64,000 bases of DNA. It comes from a virus. The position numbers and the translations under genes are program-made. Below, piece by piece: positions 1-8,052 of this stretch (its first letter is position 1; the number at the start of each line of letters is the position of its first letter). The stretch spans positions 1 through 64,000 of the IMG/VR virus record IMGVR_UViG_3300042314_000343; one strand, given 5' to 3'. The notes under the pieces were generated by a model. It was not told where the DNA came from. It did no database searches and saw nothing but the letters and a program-made list of their open reading frames with translations.

Positions 1-1
1 A

Positions 2-211
2 ATTGTAGCGGTATTCGCAGCATCAGGACTAACAGTCTTGGGTGCAGGAGCCGTTGTAGGAGTTGACCTATTGTCAGCTGTATTCATGGCTGGTATACTA
101 GGTGTAGCAACTGTTGTAGAAAGACTAGCTAGATCGTTCCTAGACGACGGAAAGTTGACTATGGATGAGATTAACCAGGCTTTTGCTAAAGTAGACAAAA
201 ACGCTAAATAA
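2..211 (+). CDS. Membrane protein, 5'-truncated (holin-like)
   Basis: Open frame from window edge, IVAVFAASGLTVLGAGAVVG...KVDKNAK*; two hydrophobic segments and a charged tail. Confidence 0.55.
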   Translation: MVAVFAASGLTVLGAGAVVGVDLLSAVFMAGILGVATVVERLARSFLDDGKLTMDEINQAFAKVDKNAK

Positions 212-216
212 ATAGT

Positions 217-245
217 TGACAACCCCTTTCTCATTGTGTATACTT
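217..245 (+). promoter_or_regulatory. Canonical sigmaA promoter
   Basis: TTGACA-N17-TATACT upstream of ORF 273. Confidence 0.75.
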
Positions 246-272
246 TATACATAACAAGAAAGGGGTTTTCAC

Positions 273-479
273 ATGGAAAGCACAACAGACAACGACAAAA
301 GCATTTTTGAAGAGTATGAGTTTGCTGCTTGGATTAGATCTGGTATTCAGAAGGGTTGGATATCAGAGCCTTTTTGCAACACCCATGATGGCGACCCATA
401 TATGACTGAAGAAGAAGAAAAAGAGTGGGAAGATGGCGGAGACCCATGTTGTCACGTTATCAAGCTACTAAATTACTAA
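273..479 (+). CDS. Hypothetical protein (Cys/His motifs)
   Basis: 68 aa ORF after promoter and SD. Confidence 0.75.
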   Translation: MESTTDNDKSIFEEYEFAAWIRSGIQKGWISEPFCNTHDGDPYMTEEEEKEWEDGGDPCCHVIKLLNY

Positions 480-492
480 TAGAAAGATTATA

Positions 493-1278
493 ATGAGCAT
501 TAAAAAGCTAATCGCAGCAGCAGGAATTGTATCACTAGCATTCTTGGCAACACCAGCAGTTGCCCAACCAACTCAAAAATCAATTGCAATTATTGATGCA
601 AACTTTGAAAGTTCACTTATTTCTGGTGACGTAGTAGATGTTTGTGTTATGGGTGATGTGCTATGTAGCGTAGTAACTAAGCCAAAGAATGCTTCTCAGT
701 ATGAGGCATACAACCACGGCACAATTATGGCAGACATTGTTCGTGCCAACAACCCAACTGCAAAGATCATTCTTATTAGAGCATCAACGAACACTGTTGG
801 CTTTGTCAATGGTCACGGTCTAGATGCTGCCTTGAACTGGATTGTAGCCAATAGAGCTGCACACAACATTGTAAGCGTATCATTCTCCTACAACTCTGGT
901 GACGGAAAGACGTGTCTGCCATCAACTCCAGGCAAGGATGCCAAGGCAGCTCACGCAGACATCGTTTCTGACATCAGTGGTCTATTGCAAAATGGTACCA
1001 AGTTCTTTGCAGCTGCAGGAAACAACGGGGCATCAAAGAATTACCTAGACTATCCAGCATGCATTAGCGAGACAGTCTCCGTAGGGTCTACTCTGTATCC
1101 AACAACAAGAAAGCTTGCTGACGTGTTTGTATCTGGCAACACCTATACAAGCGAACGCCTAACTTCGGCTAGCAAGACTTCATCTAATGCTGGAGTTATT
1201 GGGCTTGGATTGCCAGAAAGGGTTCGTGTTGGCAACACAACTTCTGTCGCAACTGCTATAATTGCAGCTAAGAATTAA
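493..1278 (+). CDS. Secreted subtilase (peptidase S8)-like protein
   Basis: Signal peptide; IAIID, NHGT, AAAGNNG, YPA and GNTTSVA motifs in subtilase order. Confidence 0.7.
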   Translation: MSIKKLIAAAGIVSLAFLATPAVAQPTQKSIAIIDANFESSLISGDVVDVCVMGDVLCSVVTKPKNASQYEAYNHGTIMADIVRANNPTAKIILIRASTNTVGFVNGHGLDAALNWIVANRAAHNIVSVSFSYNSGDGKTCLPSTPGKDAKAAHADIVSDISGLLQNGTKFFAAAGNNGASKNYLDYPACISETVSVGSTLYPTTRKLADVFVSGNTYTSERLTSASKTSSNAGVIGLGLPERVRVGNTTSVATAIIAAKN

Positions 1279-1389
1279 ATAGAGATTGGCGGAGACCAGG
1301 TCCCTGTAACACGAAAGTGTAGATCAGACCCCTCTCAGGTAAACTATAGATAGCCTGACACTTAGTCCCAGTGCGTCAAGGGACACCAT

Positions 1390-1461
1390 TGACCATTAGC
1401 TCAACGGCAGAGCAGAGAGCTGTTAACTCTAAGGTTCCTGGTTCGAATCCAGGATGGTCAG
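1390..1461 (+). tRNA. tRNA-Asn(GTT)
   Basis: TGACCAT/ATGGTCA acceptor stem, CT-GTT-AA loop, GGTTCGAATCC T arm. Confidence 0.92.
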
Positions 1462-1515
1462 CTAATGGTGTGGTCCATACCACTCCCACGGGTATTGGGA
1501 TAAAAATGGACACCA

Positions 1516-1586
1516 GCGGATATTGCATAAAGGTAGTGCTTCAGTCTTCCAAACTGATGGTGAGAGTTCGATTCTCTCTATCCGCT
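1516..1586 (+). tRNA. tRNA-Gly(TCC)
   Basis: GCGGATA/TATCCGC acceptor, TCAGT-CTTCCAA-ACTGA anticodon arm, TTCGATT loop. Confidence 0.9.
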
Positions 1587-1760
1587 CTATAGGCTAATCA
1601 CCTATACGTGTACAAGTGCACGTAAAAATTCAACACTTGTTGCTGTCCAGGCAGTAGTTACTCTGGCGTGTAGGTAATCTCACGATATAGGTTCGGGGTT
1701 GGTCACCCGTCTTAGGAAACGACTCAGGGATATGGATCTGATTAATCTGATATCCCACTT

Positions 1761-1828
1761 GAACAGATGGTGTAATAGGCAACACGGCGTTGATCAGCCA
1801 GTTAGAGGTTCGACTCCTCTTCTGTTCA
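1761..1828 (+). ncRNA. tRNA-like RNA with truncated anticodon arm
   Basis: GAACAGA/TCTGTTC acceptor, GTGT/ACAC D stem, AGAGG-TTCGACT-CCTCT T arm; only 17 nt between D and T arms. Confidence 0.6.
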
Positions 1829-2067
1829 CAAACAGCAGCTTCCTTCTGGAATGGGAGTTCTCGCTTCACTACGAAGTTGCTGGGGGATAGCCTTGCTGCG
1901 GAAGGGTTATCTCTAATAAGGGTTGTATGGTAACTGGAAGCACTCCAGGTGAAGCCATGTCAAACGGTGCAAATCCGACAACCCTACGATTCTCGCTAGA
2001 GACGGGTATGTATGTGCCCACTCATGTGCCTCTACTGCCAGTCACAAAGTCTGGCCGAGAATCCCAT

Positions 2068-2140
2068 GTCTTGGTGGCCTAGCGGTTAAGGCACCTGGTT
2101 GTCAGCCAGGGGATCGTGGGTTCGAATCCCATCCAGGACG
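2068..2140 (+). tRNA. tRNA-Asp(GTC)
   Basis: CCTGG-TTGTCAG-CCAGG anticodon arm, canonical D and T arms. Confidence 0.9.
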
Positions 2141-2172
2141 CAAACACACGTGAAAGTGTGCTATAATTAAAT

Positions 2173-2517
2173 ATGGCTTATAAAAACATAGAAGATAAAA
2201 AAGCATATGATAATGCTTATCGTGAGAAAAATAAAGAAGCTCTTAGAGAAAAGTCTAGGCTTTATCGTAGAGAACTAAAAAGAATTGTTCTTGAAAGATA
2301 TGGAAATGCTTGTAATTTTTGTGGGTATGGAGACATTCGTGCACTACAAATAGATCATATAAACAATAATGGTGCAGAAGAAAGAAAGTCTCTTGGTGGC
2401 CAAAATGTTTCTGGGTGGAGATTTTATCAATATCTAGTGGCAAATAATTTACCAGATGGCTATCAGACTCTTTGTGCCAACTGTAACATGATTAAGCAAT
2501 TGGGAGAAGATTTCTAG
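2173..2517 (+). CDS. HNH-type endonuclease within tRNA cluster
   Basis: CNFC...LQIDHINN...LCANCN; leaderless after TATAAT at 2162. Confidence 0.8.
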   Translation: MAYKNIEDKKAYDNAYREKNKEALREKSRLYRRELKRIVLERYGNACNFCGYGDIRALQIDHINNNGAEERKSLGGQNVSGWRFYQYLVANNLPDGYQTLCANCNMIKQLGEDF

Positions 2518-2589
2518 GTCCGTTGGAGTAGTGGTTATCTCGTCTGCCTTTCACGCAGAAGACCACGGGTTCGAATCCCGTACGGACTG
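2517..2589 (+). tRNA. tRNA-Glu(TTC)
   Basis: TCTGC-CTTTCAC-GCAGA anticodon arm, ACGGG-TTCGAAT-CCCGT T arm. Confidence 0.9.
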
Positions 2590-2604
2590 CTATAATTAAA
2601 CATA

Positions 2605-2683
2605 GCCCATGGCTGCTGGGACAGAGACGGGACTGTAAATCCTGTGCCGTTGGCTAGCGAAGTTCGATTCTTCGACATGGGAC
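2605..2683 (+). tRNA. tRNA-Tyr(GTA), atypical D arm
   Basis: CCCATG/CATGGG acceptor, CT-GTA-AA loop, long variable arm GCC-GTT-GGC, CGAAG-TTCGATT-CTTCG. Confidence 0.75.
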
Positions 2684-2700
2684 AAAACATAAGGAGTGTT

Positions 2701-3282
2701 ATGACTAACAAGATAAAGGTAGTAGAAAATCTCATCAGCGATGAGGATAGAAAATTAGCAATTGATTTGATTGACATGCTTGTTGACAACGGTGGGCAGA
2801 ATTCTATCGTAGGCCAAAGCCAGGATCCAGCTGCTCAGATACAGCATGCCAGGCACGTCTTTACTGACCCAGAATATCCAGAGGTGCCATACCTTGTAAA
2901 AAAGTATCACGCCAAGATCCAGGAAGCCGATGAGGCATACAAAGATACATTTCCTCACAGCGTCATTCTAGTCAGGTATGACATTGGTGGAGAGCTAGAG
3001 CTTCACAACGATTTTGAGAACTATGATCCATGCAGAGAATGCACCCACGCAAATGCAATGTATTTGAATGATGGCTACGAGGGTGGAGACATTTATTTCC
3101 CAGAAGTTGATGTGCAGATTCACCCATCTGCTGGCACACTAGTATACTTTCCTCAGACCAGCGTAAAGGAGGACCACTCTGATATGACACATGGGGTTAC
3201 TCCAATTACTTCTGGTACAAAGTATCTAATTAACTTTTGCATCACTACCAATAAAGATCTTGTAGTCCCAGCACTACGATAG
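2701..3282 (+). CDS. 2OG-Fe(II) oxygenase (prolyl-4-hydroxylase-like)
   Basis: HxD (LHND), YLNDGYEGG, HGV...K motifs; start moved to ATG 2701 after AAGGAG because 2644 lies inside tRNA-Tyr. Confidence 0.85.
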   Translation: MTNKIKVVENLISDEDRKLAIDLIDMLVDNGGQNSIVGQSQDPAAQIQHARHVFTDPEYPEVPYLVKKYHAKIQEADEAYKDTFPHSVILVRYDIGGELELHNDFENYDPCRECTHANAMYLNDGYEGGDIYFPEVDVQIHPSAGTLVYFPQTSVKEDHSDMTHGVTPITSGTKYLINFCITTNKDLVVPALR

Positions 3283-3337
3283 TTTAAACTATTAACAAAC
3301 AATTCCAGTCAATGATATAATGTAAGGATATGTCTTT

Positions 3338-3937
3338 ATGACAGAAGAAGAAAGAAAAGATATGATTACTTATATTGGCCTAGACGGAGAAATGTCTGGG
3401 ACAGAAATCAACGACGGCCACAAGCTTATTCAAATAGGCATGGCTAAGTTTGACGAAGATGGAATGACCTCAATTGGTACACTTCTAAATCCTGGAGCAA
3501 TGGCCTGGTCTGAGCAGGCAGAAGAGGTGCACCAGTTTTCAAGAGATTACATTGAGAAGAATGGTGAGGACCCTGCCATGGTAGATCAAGCACTAGCTAA
3601 CTGGGCAAATCCAACACCACACCGCAGAGACTTTGTTATGGTTGGATTCAACGTAGGCTCATTTGATAGAGCCTTCGTAGCACAATCTTTGCCAATTCTA
3701 TTTAGCAAGTTCTCAAGAAGAAGCGTTGACCTCAACTCACTAATCTTTATGATGTCAGAAACTAACTCACAGTTTGAAAGAATAAAGAAAGATGCTAAGG
3801 ACTATGCCTTTAAGATGATGGAAGGTATGTTTGAGGGTTTTCAGAACAGGCAACACGATGCAGAGTATGATGCGGTAATGTCGCTATACTGCTTTGAGTA
3901 TCTACGTGGGTTGCTTGACTCAAAAACAACAGTTTGA
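3338..3937 (+). CDS. DEDDh 3'-5' exonuclease (DnaQ-like)
   Basis: LDGEM, GFNVGSFD, HDAEYDA motifs. Confidence 0.85.
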   Translation: MTEEERKDMITYIGLDGEMSGTEINDGHKLIQIGMAKFDEDGMTSIGTLLNPGAMAWSEQAEEVHQFSRDYIEKNGEDPAMVDQALANWANPTPHRRDFVMVGFNVGSFDRAFVAQSLPILFSKFSRRSVDLNSLIFMMSETNSQFERIKKDAKDYAFKMMEGMFEGFQNRQHDAEYDAVMSLYCFEYLRGLLDSKTTV

Positions 3938-3951
3938 TATAATAGATACAC

Positions 3952-4025
3952 GCTCTCTTAGCTCAGTTGGCCAGAGCATCGCACTTGTAATGCGAGGGTC
4001 GTCAGTTCGAATCTGACAGGGAGCT
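3952..4025 (+). tRNA. tRNA-Thr(TGT)
   Basis: TCGCA-CTTGTAA-TGCGA anticodon arm; own TTGACT-N17-TATAAT promoter immediately upstream. Confidence 0.93.
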
Positions 4026-4060
4026 CTATGATATAATTTAATAAAGATTAGGAGTCATTA

Positions 4061-4864
4061 ATGAAAGCACAGTTTCCAATTGACGGAGTTCCAGGAAAAG
4101 CTTGGAAAGTCAAGAGCAAGATGGGTTGGAGAATCCACCCAGTAAAGAATGAAAAGAAGCACCACAACGGTACCGATATTATCCCTGGTAGCATTAAGGG
4201 CAAGGTATACATTGAGGCTGCATTTGATGGCAAGGTTATGTATGCTGGTCCATCTAAGGCAAAGAAAGCTAATGGAGAGCCAGACGGCTTTGGCTACTAT
4301 GTAAAGATTGCATCTCAGATTAATGGTGAGTGGTACAGCCACCTATATGCTCACCTAGACAAGGGAAGCCTACAAGTAAAGACTGGACAGAAGGTAACTG
4401 CTGGAACCGTTCTTGGCGTAATGGGAACAACTGGTATGTCTACTGGAGTTCACCTACACTGGGAGATCTGGAAGGGCAAGGACCACGGCTGGTCTGCAGA
4501 TGGCAAGGGATTCGTAGAGCCAATTGAGTTTACGAAGTCTGTAATCGCCGCACAGAAGGCCGCAGGGTATGCTAAAGAGGCTACTCCAGAAGATGCACCA
4601 GTTGCAGATGATGGAATTAAGCCAGCAGCTAAGCCTGCAGTAAAGGCAGCCACAAAGCCTGTAGCCAAGCCAGCTGTAGCCAAGTCTACACCTAAGCCAG
4701 CCGCTAAGGCTGTAGCTAAGGCTAAGACTCACAAGGTTGTTTCTGGAGATACCCTAAGCAAGATTGCAGCCAAGCACGGAACAACCGTAGCTGCCCTGAC
4801 AAAGCTAAACGGTATCAAGAACGCCAACTCCATCTCTGTAGGTCAAGTAATTAAGTTATCATAA
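4061..4864 (+). CDS. Endolysin, peptidase M23 + LysM
   Basis: HNGTD, YAHL, HLHWE M23 motifs; Ala/Lys/Pro linker; C-terminal LysM ([15 protein letters not shown]). Confidence 0.9.
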   Translation: MKAQFPIDGVPGKAWKVKSKMGWRIHPVKNEKKHHNGTDIIPGSIKGKVYIEAAFDGKVMYAGPSKAKKANGEPDGFGYYVKIASQINGEWYSHLYAHLDKGSLQVKTGQKVTAGTVLGVMGTTGMSTGVHLHWEIWKGKDHGWSADGKGFVEPIEFTKSVIAAQKAAGYAKEATPEDAPVADDGIKPAAKPAVKAATKPVAKPAVAKSTPKPAAKAVAKAKTHKVVSGDTLSKIAAKHGTTVAALTKLNGIKNANSISVGQVIKLS

Positions 4865-5040
4865 TGGCACTCTACGAATATAAATGTAAAGAATGCGAAC
4901 GTACTGTAACCGTAGCTAGATCAATCTCTGAACCAGAGAGCGTAATGTTTTGCGTAGGTTGCAAACTTCCACTTTCTAGGGTATACTCTTCTGTAGGAGT
5001 TACCTTTAATGGCAGTGGATTCTATTCCACAGATAAGTAG
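4864..5040 (+). CDS. FmdB-like zinc-ribbon protein (58 aa, not in ORF track)
   Basis: [11 protein letters not shown]...CVGC...VTFNGSGFYSTDK; ATG overlaps upstream stop. Confidence 0.8.
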   Translation: MALYEYKCKECERTVTVARSISEPESVMFCVGCKLPLSRVYSSVGVTFNGSGFYSTDK

Positions 5041-5046
5041 GATATT

Positions 5047-5289
5047 GTGAAACTAATAACCGATCAAGAGCAGTGGACCCTTACCAACATGGATAGGTGC
5101 GATGCAGAGTGTTCTGCACAGGCATTTGTGAAAGCTGTTGGGGTATCTGGAGAGCTGCTATTCTGTTCCCACCACTACAACAAGATTGTTGATAATGCAG
5201 TTGGCTGGGATAAGCTTGCTAAGTTTGCTTATCAAATTATTGATGAGCGTGAGCGTCTCATTGAAAACAGACTAATAGGAGAAAACTAA
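5047..5289 (+). CDS. Hypothetical Cys/His protein
   Basis: DRCDAEC...LLFCSHH; coupled to next gene. Confidence 0.7.
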   Translation: MKLITDQEQWTLTNMDRCDAECSAQAFVKAVGVSGELLFCSHHYNKIVDNAVGWDKLAKFAYQIIDERERLIENRLIGEN

Positions 5290-5696
5290 TGTATGAATAC
5301 TTTGTTAGAGAAGTGAAGAAAATCGTTGATGGAGACACCATTGACGTTGTGATTGACCTAGGATTCAGCATTCTGTTTGAGTCCAGGGTACGACTAGCTG
5401 GTATTGATACTCCAGAGTCTCGTACTGCAGACAAGATGGAGAAGGCATTGGGACTAGAGTCTAAGAAGTACCTTGAGTCTAGGATTAAGGCTGCAAAGAA
5501 TGTTGTCATTAAGACTGAGAAGCTTGATAGTTCTGAGAAGTATGGTCGCATCCTTGGCTGGATCTATCTTGATGGAGAAGGTAACTCTCTCAATACTGAG
5601 ATGATTGAAAAAGGTTATGCCTGGGGATACCTTGGAGATACCAAGGTCAAGAACTTTGAAGAGCTTGCTGCTAAGCGAGCACAAAGCTCAAATTAG
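5289..5696 (+). CDS. Thermonuclease (SNase-like)
   Basis: VDGDTI, RVRLAGIDTPE, EKYGRILG motifs. Confidence 0.9.
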   Translation: MYEYFVREVKKIVDGDTIDVVIDLGFSILFESRVRLAGIDTPESRTADKMEKALGLESKKYLESRIKAAKNVVIKTEKLDSSEKYGRILGWIYLDGEGNSLNTEMIEKGYAWGYLGDTKVKNFEELAAKRAQSSN

Positions 5697-5720
5697 TATA
5701 TAATTGTATTAGGGGTAAAT

Positions 5721-6152
5721 ATGGAATATGCTATTGGTTCTGCTGTAACCATCTTAACCCTATTTATATTTTCTAAGTTAGTCAATCTTGGCTCACAGGA
5801 AATTAGACAGGTTAAGATCAGCCACACCCAGTCTACAGTGTTTGAGCTAATTAAGCCAGCATTGCCATACATTGAGGATCTTCCAGAACCTCTGGTCTCT
5901 CAGGCAGCCAACTACGAAAGAAGCACACACCTACGGGTAGTAATTTCTGATGGCGTCGCCTACTGGATTCATAAGAATGGACTTTATTACGGCACCTTTG
6001 TTGATGGAGAACTAGATAAAGAATCTGGAAAACTAGTTGACATGATGGCACTCAGTAAGGTAGAATTAAAGAAGATGTCTTTTATAGTTGACAGACTAAA
6101 CCATGGAGGAGGAAACTTTGATTATCGCAGTACAGGGAACGAAGAGTTTTGA
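5721..6152 (+). CDS. Hypothetical membrane-anchored protein
   Basis: N-terminal hydrophobic helix. Confidence 0.65.
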   Translation: MEYAIGSAVTILTLFIFSKLVNLGSQEIRQVKISHTQSTVFELIKPALPYIEDLPEPLVSQAANYERSTHLRVVISDGVAYWIHKNGLYYGTFVDGELDKESGKLVDMMALSKVELKKMSFIVDRLNHGGGNFDYRSTGNEEF

Positions 6153-6468
6153 AGACTATTCAGTTTTTATGAATGCAATGGGCAGAGCCTTGTTTCAAAT
6201 TAGTCCAGAAGACAAAGAGGTAAAGGTATTTTCTGCTGGCCCAGTGCGTGTAAACGCAATGGCTAAAGAGTTTGTCAATGTTTCTGAGCAGGGGTTTAGA
6301 GCCAGAGGTCGCAAGATCAAGCTGGTACTCGTTCCCCCAAGTTGGATCGATGACAACCTTCAGAGCATAGACTACTTTGCCTTCTTGTCTTTGCCAAAGG
6401 AGCCATTGTCTCCACAGGCTACGAGGGCTGACGCAAAGTCTGCCAACCTTGGAATTCATCGGTACTAA
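6103..6468 (+). CDS. SLOG/YspA-like hypothetical protein
   Basis: IIAVQGTKSFEDY N-terminus resembles YspA-type SLOG proteins. Confidence 0.45.
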   Translation: MEEETLIIAVQGTKSFEDYSVFMNAMGRALFQISPEDKEVKVFSAGPVRVNAMAKEFVNVSEQGFRARGRKIKLVLVPPSWIDDNLQSIDYFAFLSLPKEPLSPQATRADAKSANLGIHRY

Positions 6469-6508
6469 AACATAATATCCAGTTATAAAAATAAGCTAGG
6501 AGAGTGAA

Positions 6509-6718
6509 ATGAAAATAACTTCACTTGAAAAGATGGAAGAGATTGTAGAAAACAATAGAGCTCTTTCTTGGGACGGCTGGACCGTTCTACAAAACATGAC
6601 CAACATTGACGGATACGCCTCCAGGGAGGGTATCTATTTCAAGGGTAGGTGGATTGTGCAGAAACGCTACAATCTAACTGCTACTGGCTGGGAGATTCCA
6701 AACAAGTTCGTGAGGTAG
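6509..6718 (+). CDS. Hypothetical protein
   Basis: ORF with AGGAG SD. Confidence 0.7.
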   Translation: MKITSLEKMEEIVENNRALSWDGWTVLQNMTNIDGYASREGIYFKGRWIVQKRYNLTATGWEIPNKFVR

Positions 6719-6721
6719 CTC

Positions 6722-7009
6722 ATGGACAAGAATGCTTGGAAAAAGGGAGCAGACTGCCTTGGCATGGATGTTAACTCATTCTTTGATGACTATGAAGAAA
6801 ATCTAGACGTTAGAGAAGAAGTTGACGCTATCTGTGCTGCATGTCCTATAGCAAGGCATTGCTTTGCAGTTGGCGTGTCCCAAAAGGGATGGGGGGTCTG
6901 GGGAGGTGTTTACCTTGAAAACGGTAAGATCTCTCGTGAATTCAGTAAACATAGAACAAAGGCCCAGTGGGCAAGCAAGTGGCAACAGCTTACAATGGAC
7001 AAGGGGTAA
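6722..7009 (+). CDS. whiB: WhiB-family Fe-S transcription factor
   Basis: Four Cys (C...CAACP...C) and GVWGG turn. Confidence 0.92.
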   Translation: MDKNAWKKGADCLGMDVNSFFDDYEENLDVREEVDAICAACPIARHCFAVGVSQKGWGVWGGVYLENGKISREFSKHRTKAQWASKWQQLTMDKG

Positions 7010-7011
7010 TC

Positions 7012-7251
7012 TTGTATACGGACGCAATGAAGAGAGCTTTTCATTCATTAACACCGCCAAAGAATTTCGGGGTATCCCTGGAAGACGCAGAACACTTTAT
7101 CGTGGTTAGAGCCAAGGAAGACGTGTTCATGAGGCTGCTAGATGAAGATAAGAGAAGTGCTATAGAATATATGGCTCGTGTAAAGAAAGCCCTAGAGGAC
7201 AACGGAGCGATAGTTTTGTTGGTTAGAGAAGGCGGAAAGGAATCAGTATGA
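7012..7251 (+). CDS. Hypothetical protein
   Basis: Same frame as track ORF 6967; TTG start (MYTDAMKRAF) after whiB stop. Confidence 0.6.
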   Translation: MYTDAMKRAFHSLTPPKNFGVSLEDAEHFIVVRAKEDVFMRLLDEDKRSAIEYMARVKKALEDNGAIVLLVREGGKESV

Positions 7252-7655
7252 TTGAGTTTGCAATATTTGTTGCAAGCCTGGTAGCTATTCTTGGCCTAGT
7301 TTTCTATTCTGCAAAGCTAAGGTTAGAAAAGCGAAGAGCTTTCAATAGCATACTTCAGCTAGTTATGGACAAGGAAGCCTTGACCAACAAGCTGTCAGAG
7401 GCAAAGATAGAGATCCAAAGACTGTCGTCTCCAGATGATGGATTCGTAAAGTTCCTGTCTGAGTCTCGTGTGTGGGCATATGAGTACATAGAGTCCACCC
7501 AAAAAGAAATACAGGAAGTGGTCTCGGCTATTGATGCAGAAAAGGTTCTGCTAGATGAGGCAAAGACTCTCCGAAAGGCAGAGCTTGAAGATGTTCTAAA
7601 TAGAATTATCAAACATTCTGATAGACTAAAGAACATCCTTCCAGATAACAACTAA
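7248..7655 (+). CDS. Membrane-anchored coiled-coil protein
   Basis: N-terminal TM helix then helical charged region. Confidence 0.65.
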   Translation: MIEFAIFVASLVAILGLVFYSAKLRLEKRRAFNSILQLVMDKEALTNKLSEAKIEIQRLSSPDDGFVKFLSESRVWAYEYIESTQKEIQEVVSAIDAEKVLLDEAKTLRKAELEDVLNRIIKHSDRLKNILPDNN

Positions 7656-7674
7656 TAAATAATAGGAGAAACAA

Positions 7675-8004
7675 ATGAATGAACAGAACAAGGCAATTCT
7701 AGACTCATACCTAAGAAACCTCTTGGGTGTAGTCCTGGCACTTGTAACAACCACCATGGCATCTGCAGGGGTATCGTCACCACTAGACTTCGGTGCTGGA
7801 GAGTGGCTAACTGTAGCTAATGGTCTATGGGCAGCAGCTGTACCAACCCTACTGAGATACGTCAACAAGAAGGATCCAGCATTTGGTCTTGTTGCAGCAG
7901 CAGTAGCTACTGGTGTTTCAGCTAAGCTGGACACTGCTACAAAGGCAGCAGCTAAGCCTGCTCCAAAGACAGCAGCAAAGAAGCCAGCTGCTCCAAAGAA
8001 GTAA
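7675..8004 (+). CDS. Holin-like membrane protein
   Basis: Two hydrophobic segments, NKKDPAFG motif, basic Ala/Lys tail. Confidence 0.55.
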   Translation: MNEQNKAILDSYLRNLLGVVLALVTTTMASAGVSSPLDFGAGEWLTVANGLWAAAVPTLLRYVNKKDPAFGLVAAAVATGVSAKLDTATKAAAKPAPKTAAKKPAAPKK

Positions 8005-8021
8005 TTCGGGTATAAAAAGAT

Positions 8022-8050
8022 AGCCAGGCATTTTGCCTGGCTTTTCTTTT
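8022..8050. terminator. Intrinsic terminator between convergent genes
   Basis: AGCCAGGCA-TTT-TGCCTGGCT with T-run on the right and A-run on the left. Confidence 0.8.
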
Positions 8051-8052
8051 AC

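Noticed and set aside
1289-1360. Glycine riboswitch (GGAGA ... CTCTCAGGTAAA)
   Set aside because: Lacks the CCGAAG core, precedes tRNAs rather than a CDS, and TCAGG pairs with downstream CCTGA; kept only as unassigned structure.
1371-1890. Track ORFs 1371-1592, 1630-1869, 1699-1890
   Set aside because: They overlap tRNAs or structured RNA and lack an RBS and protein-like features.
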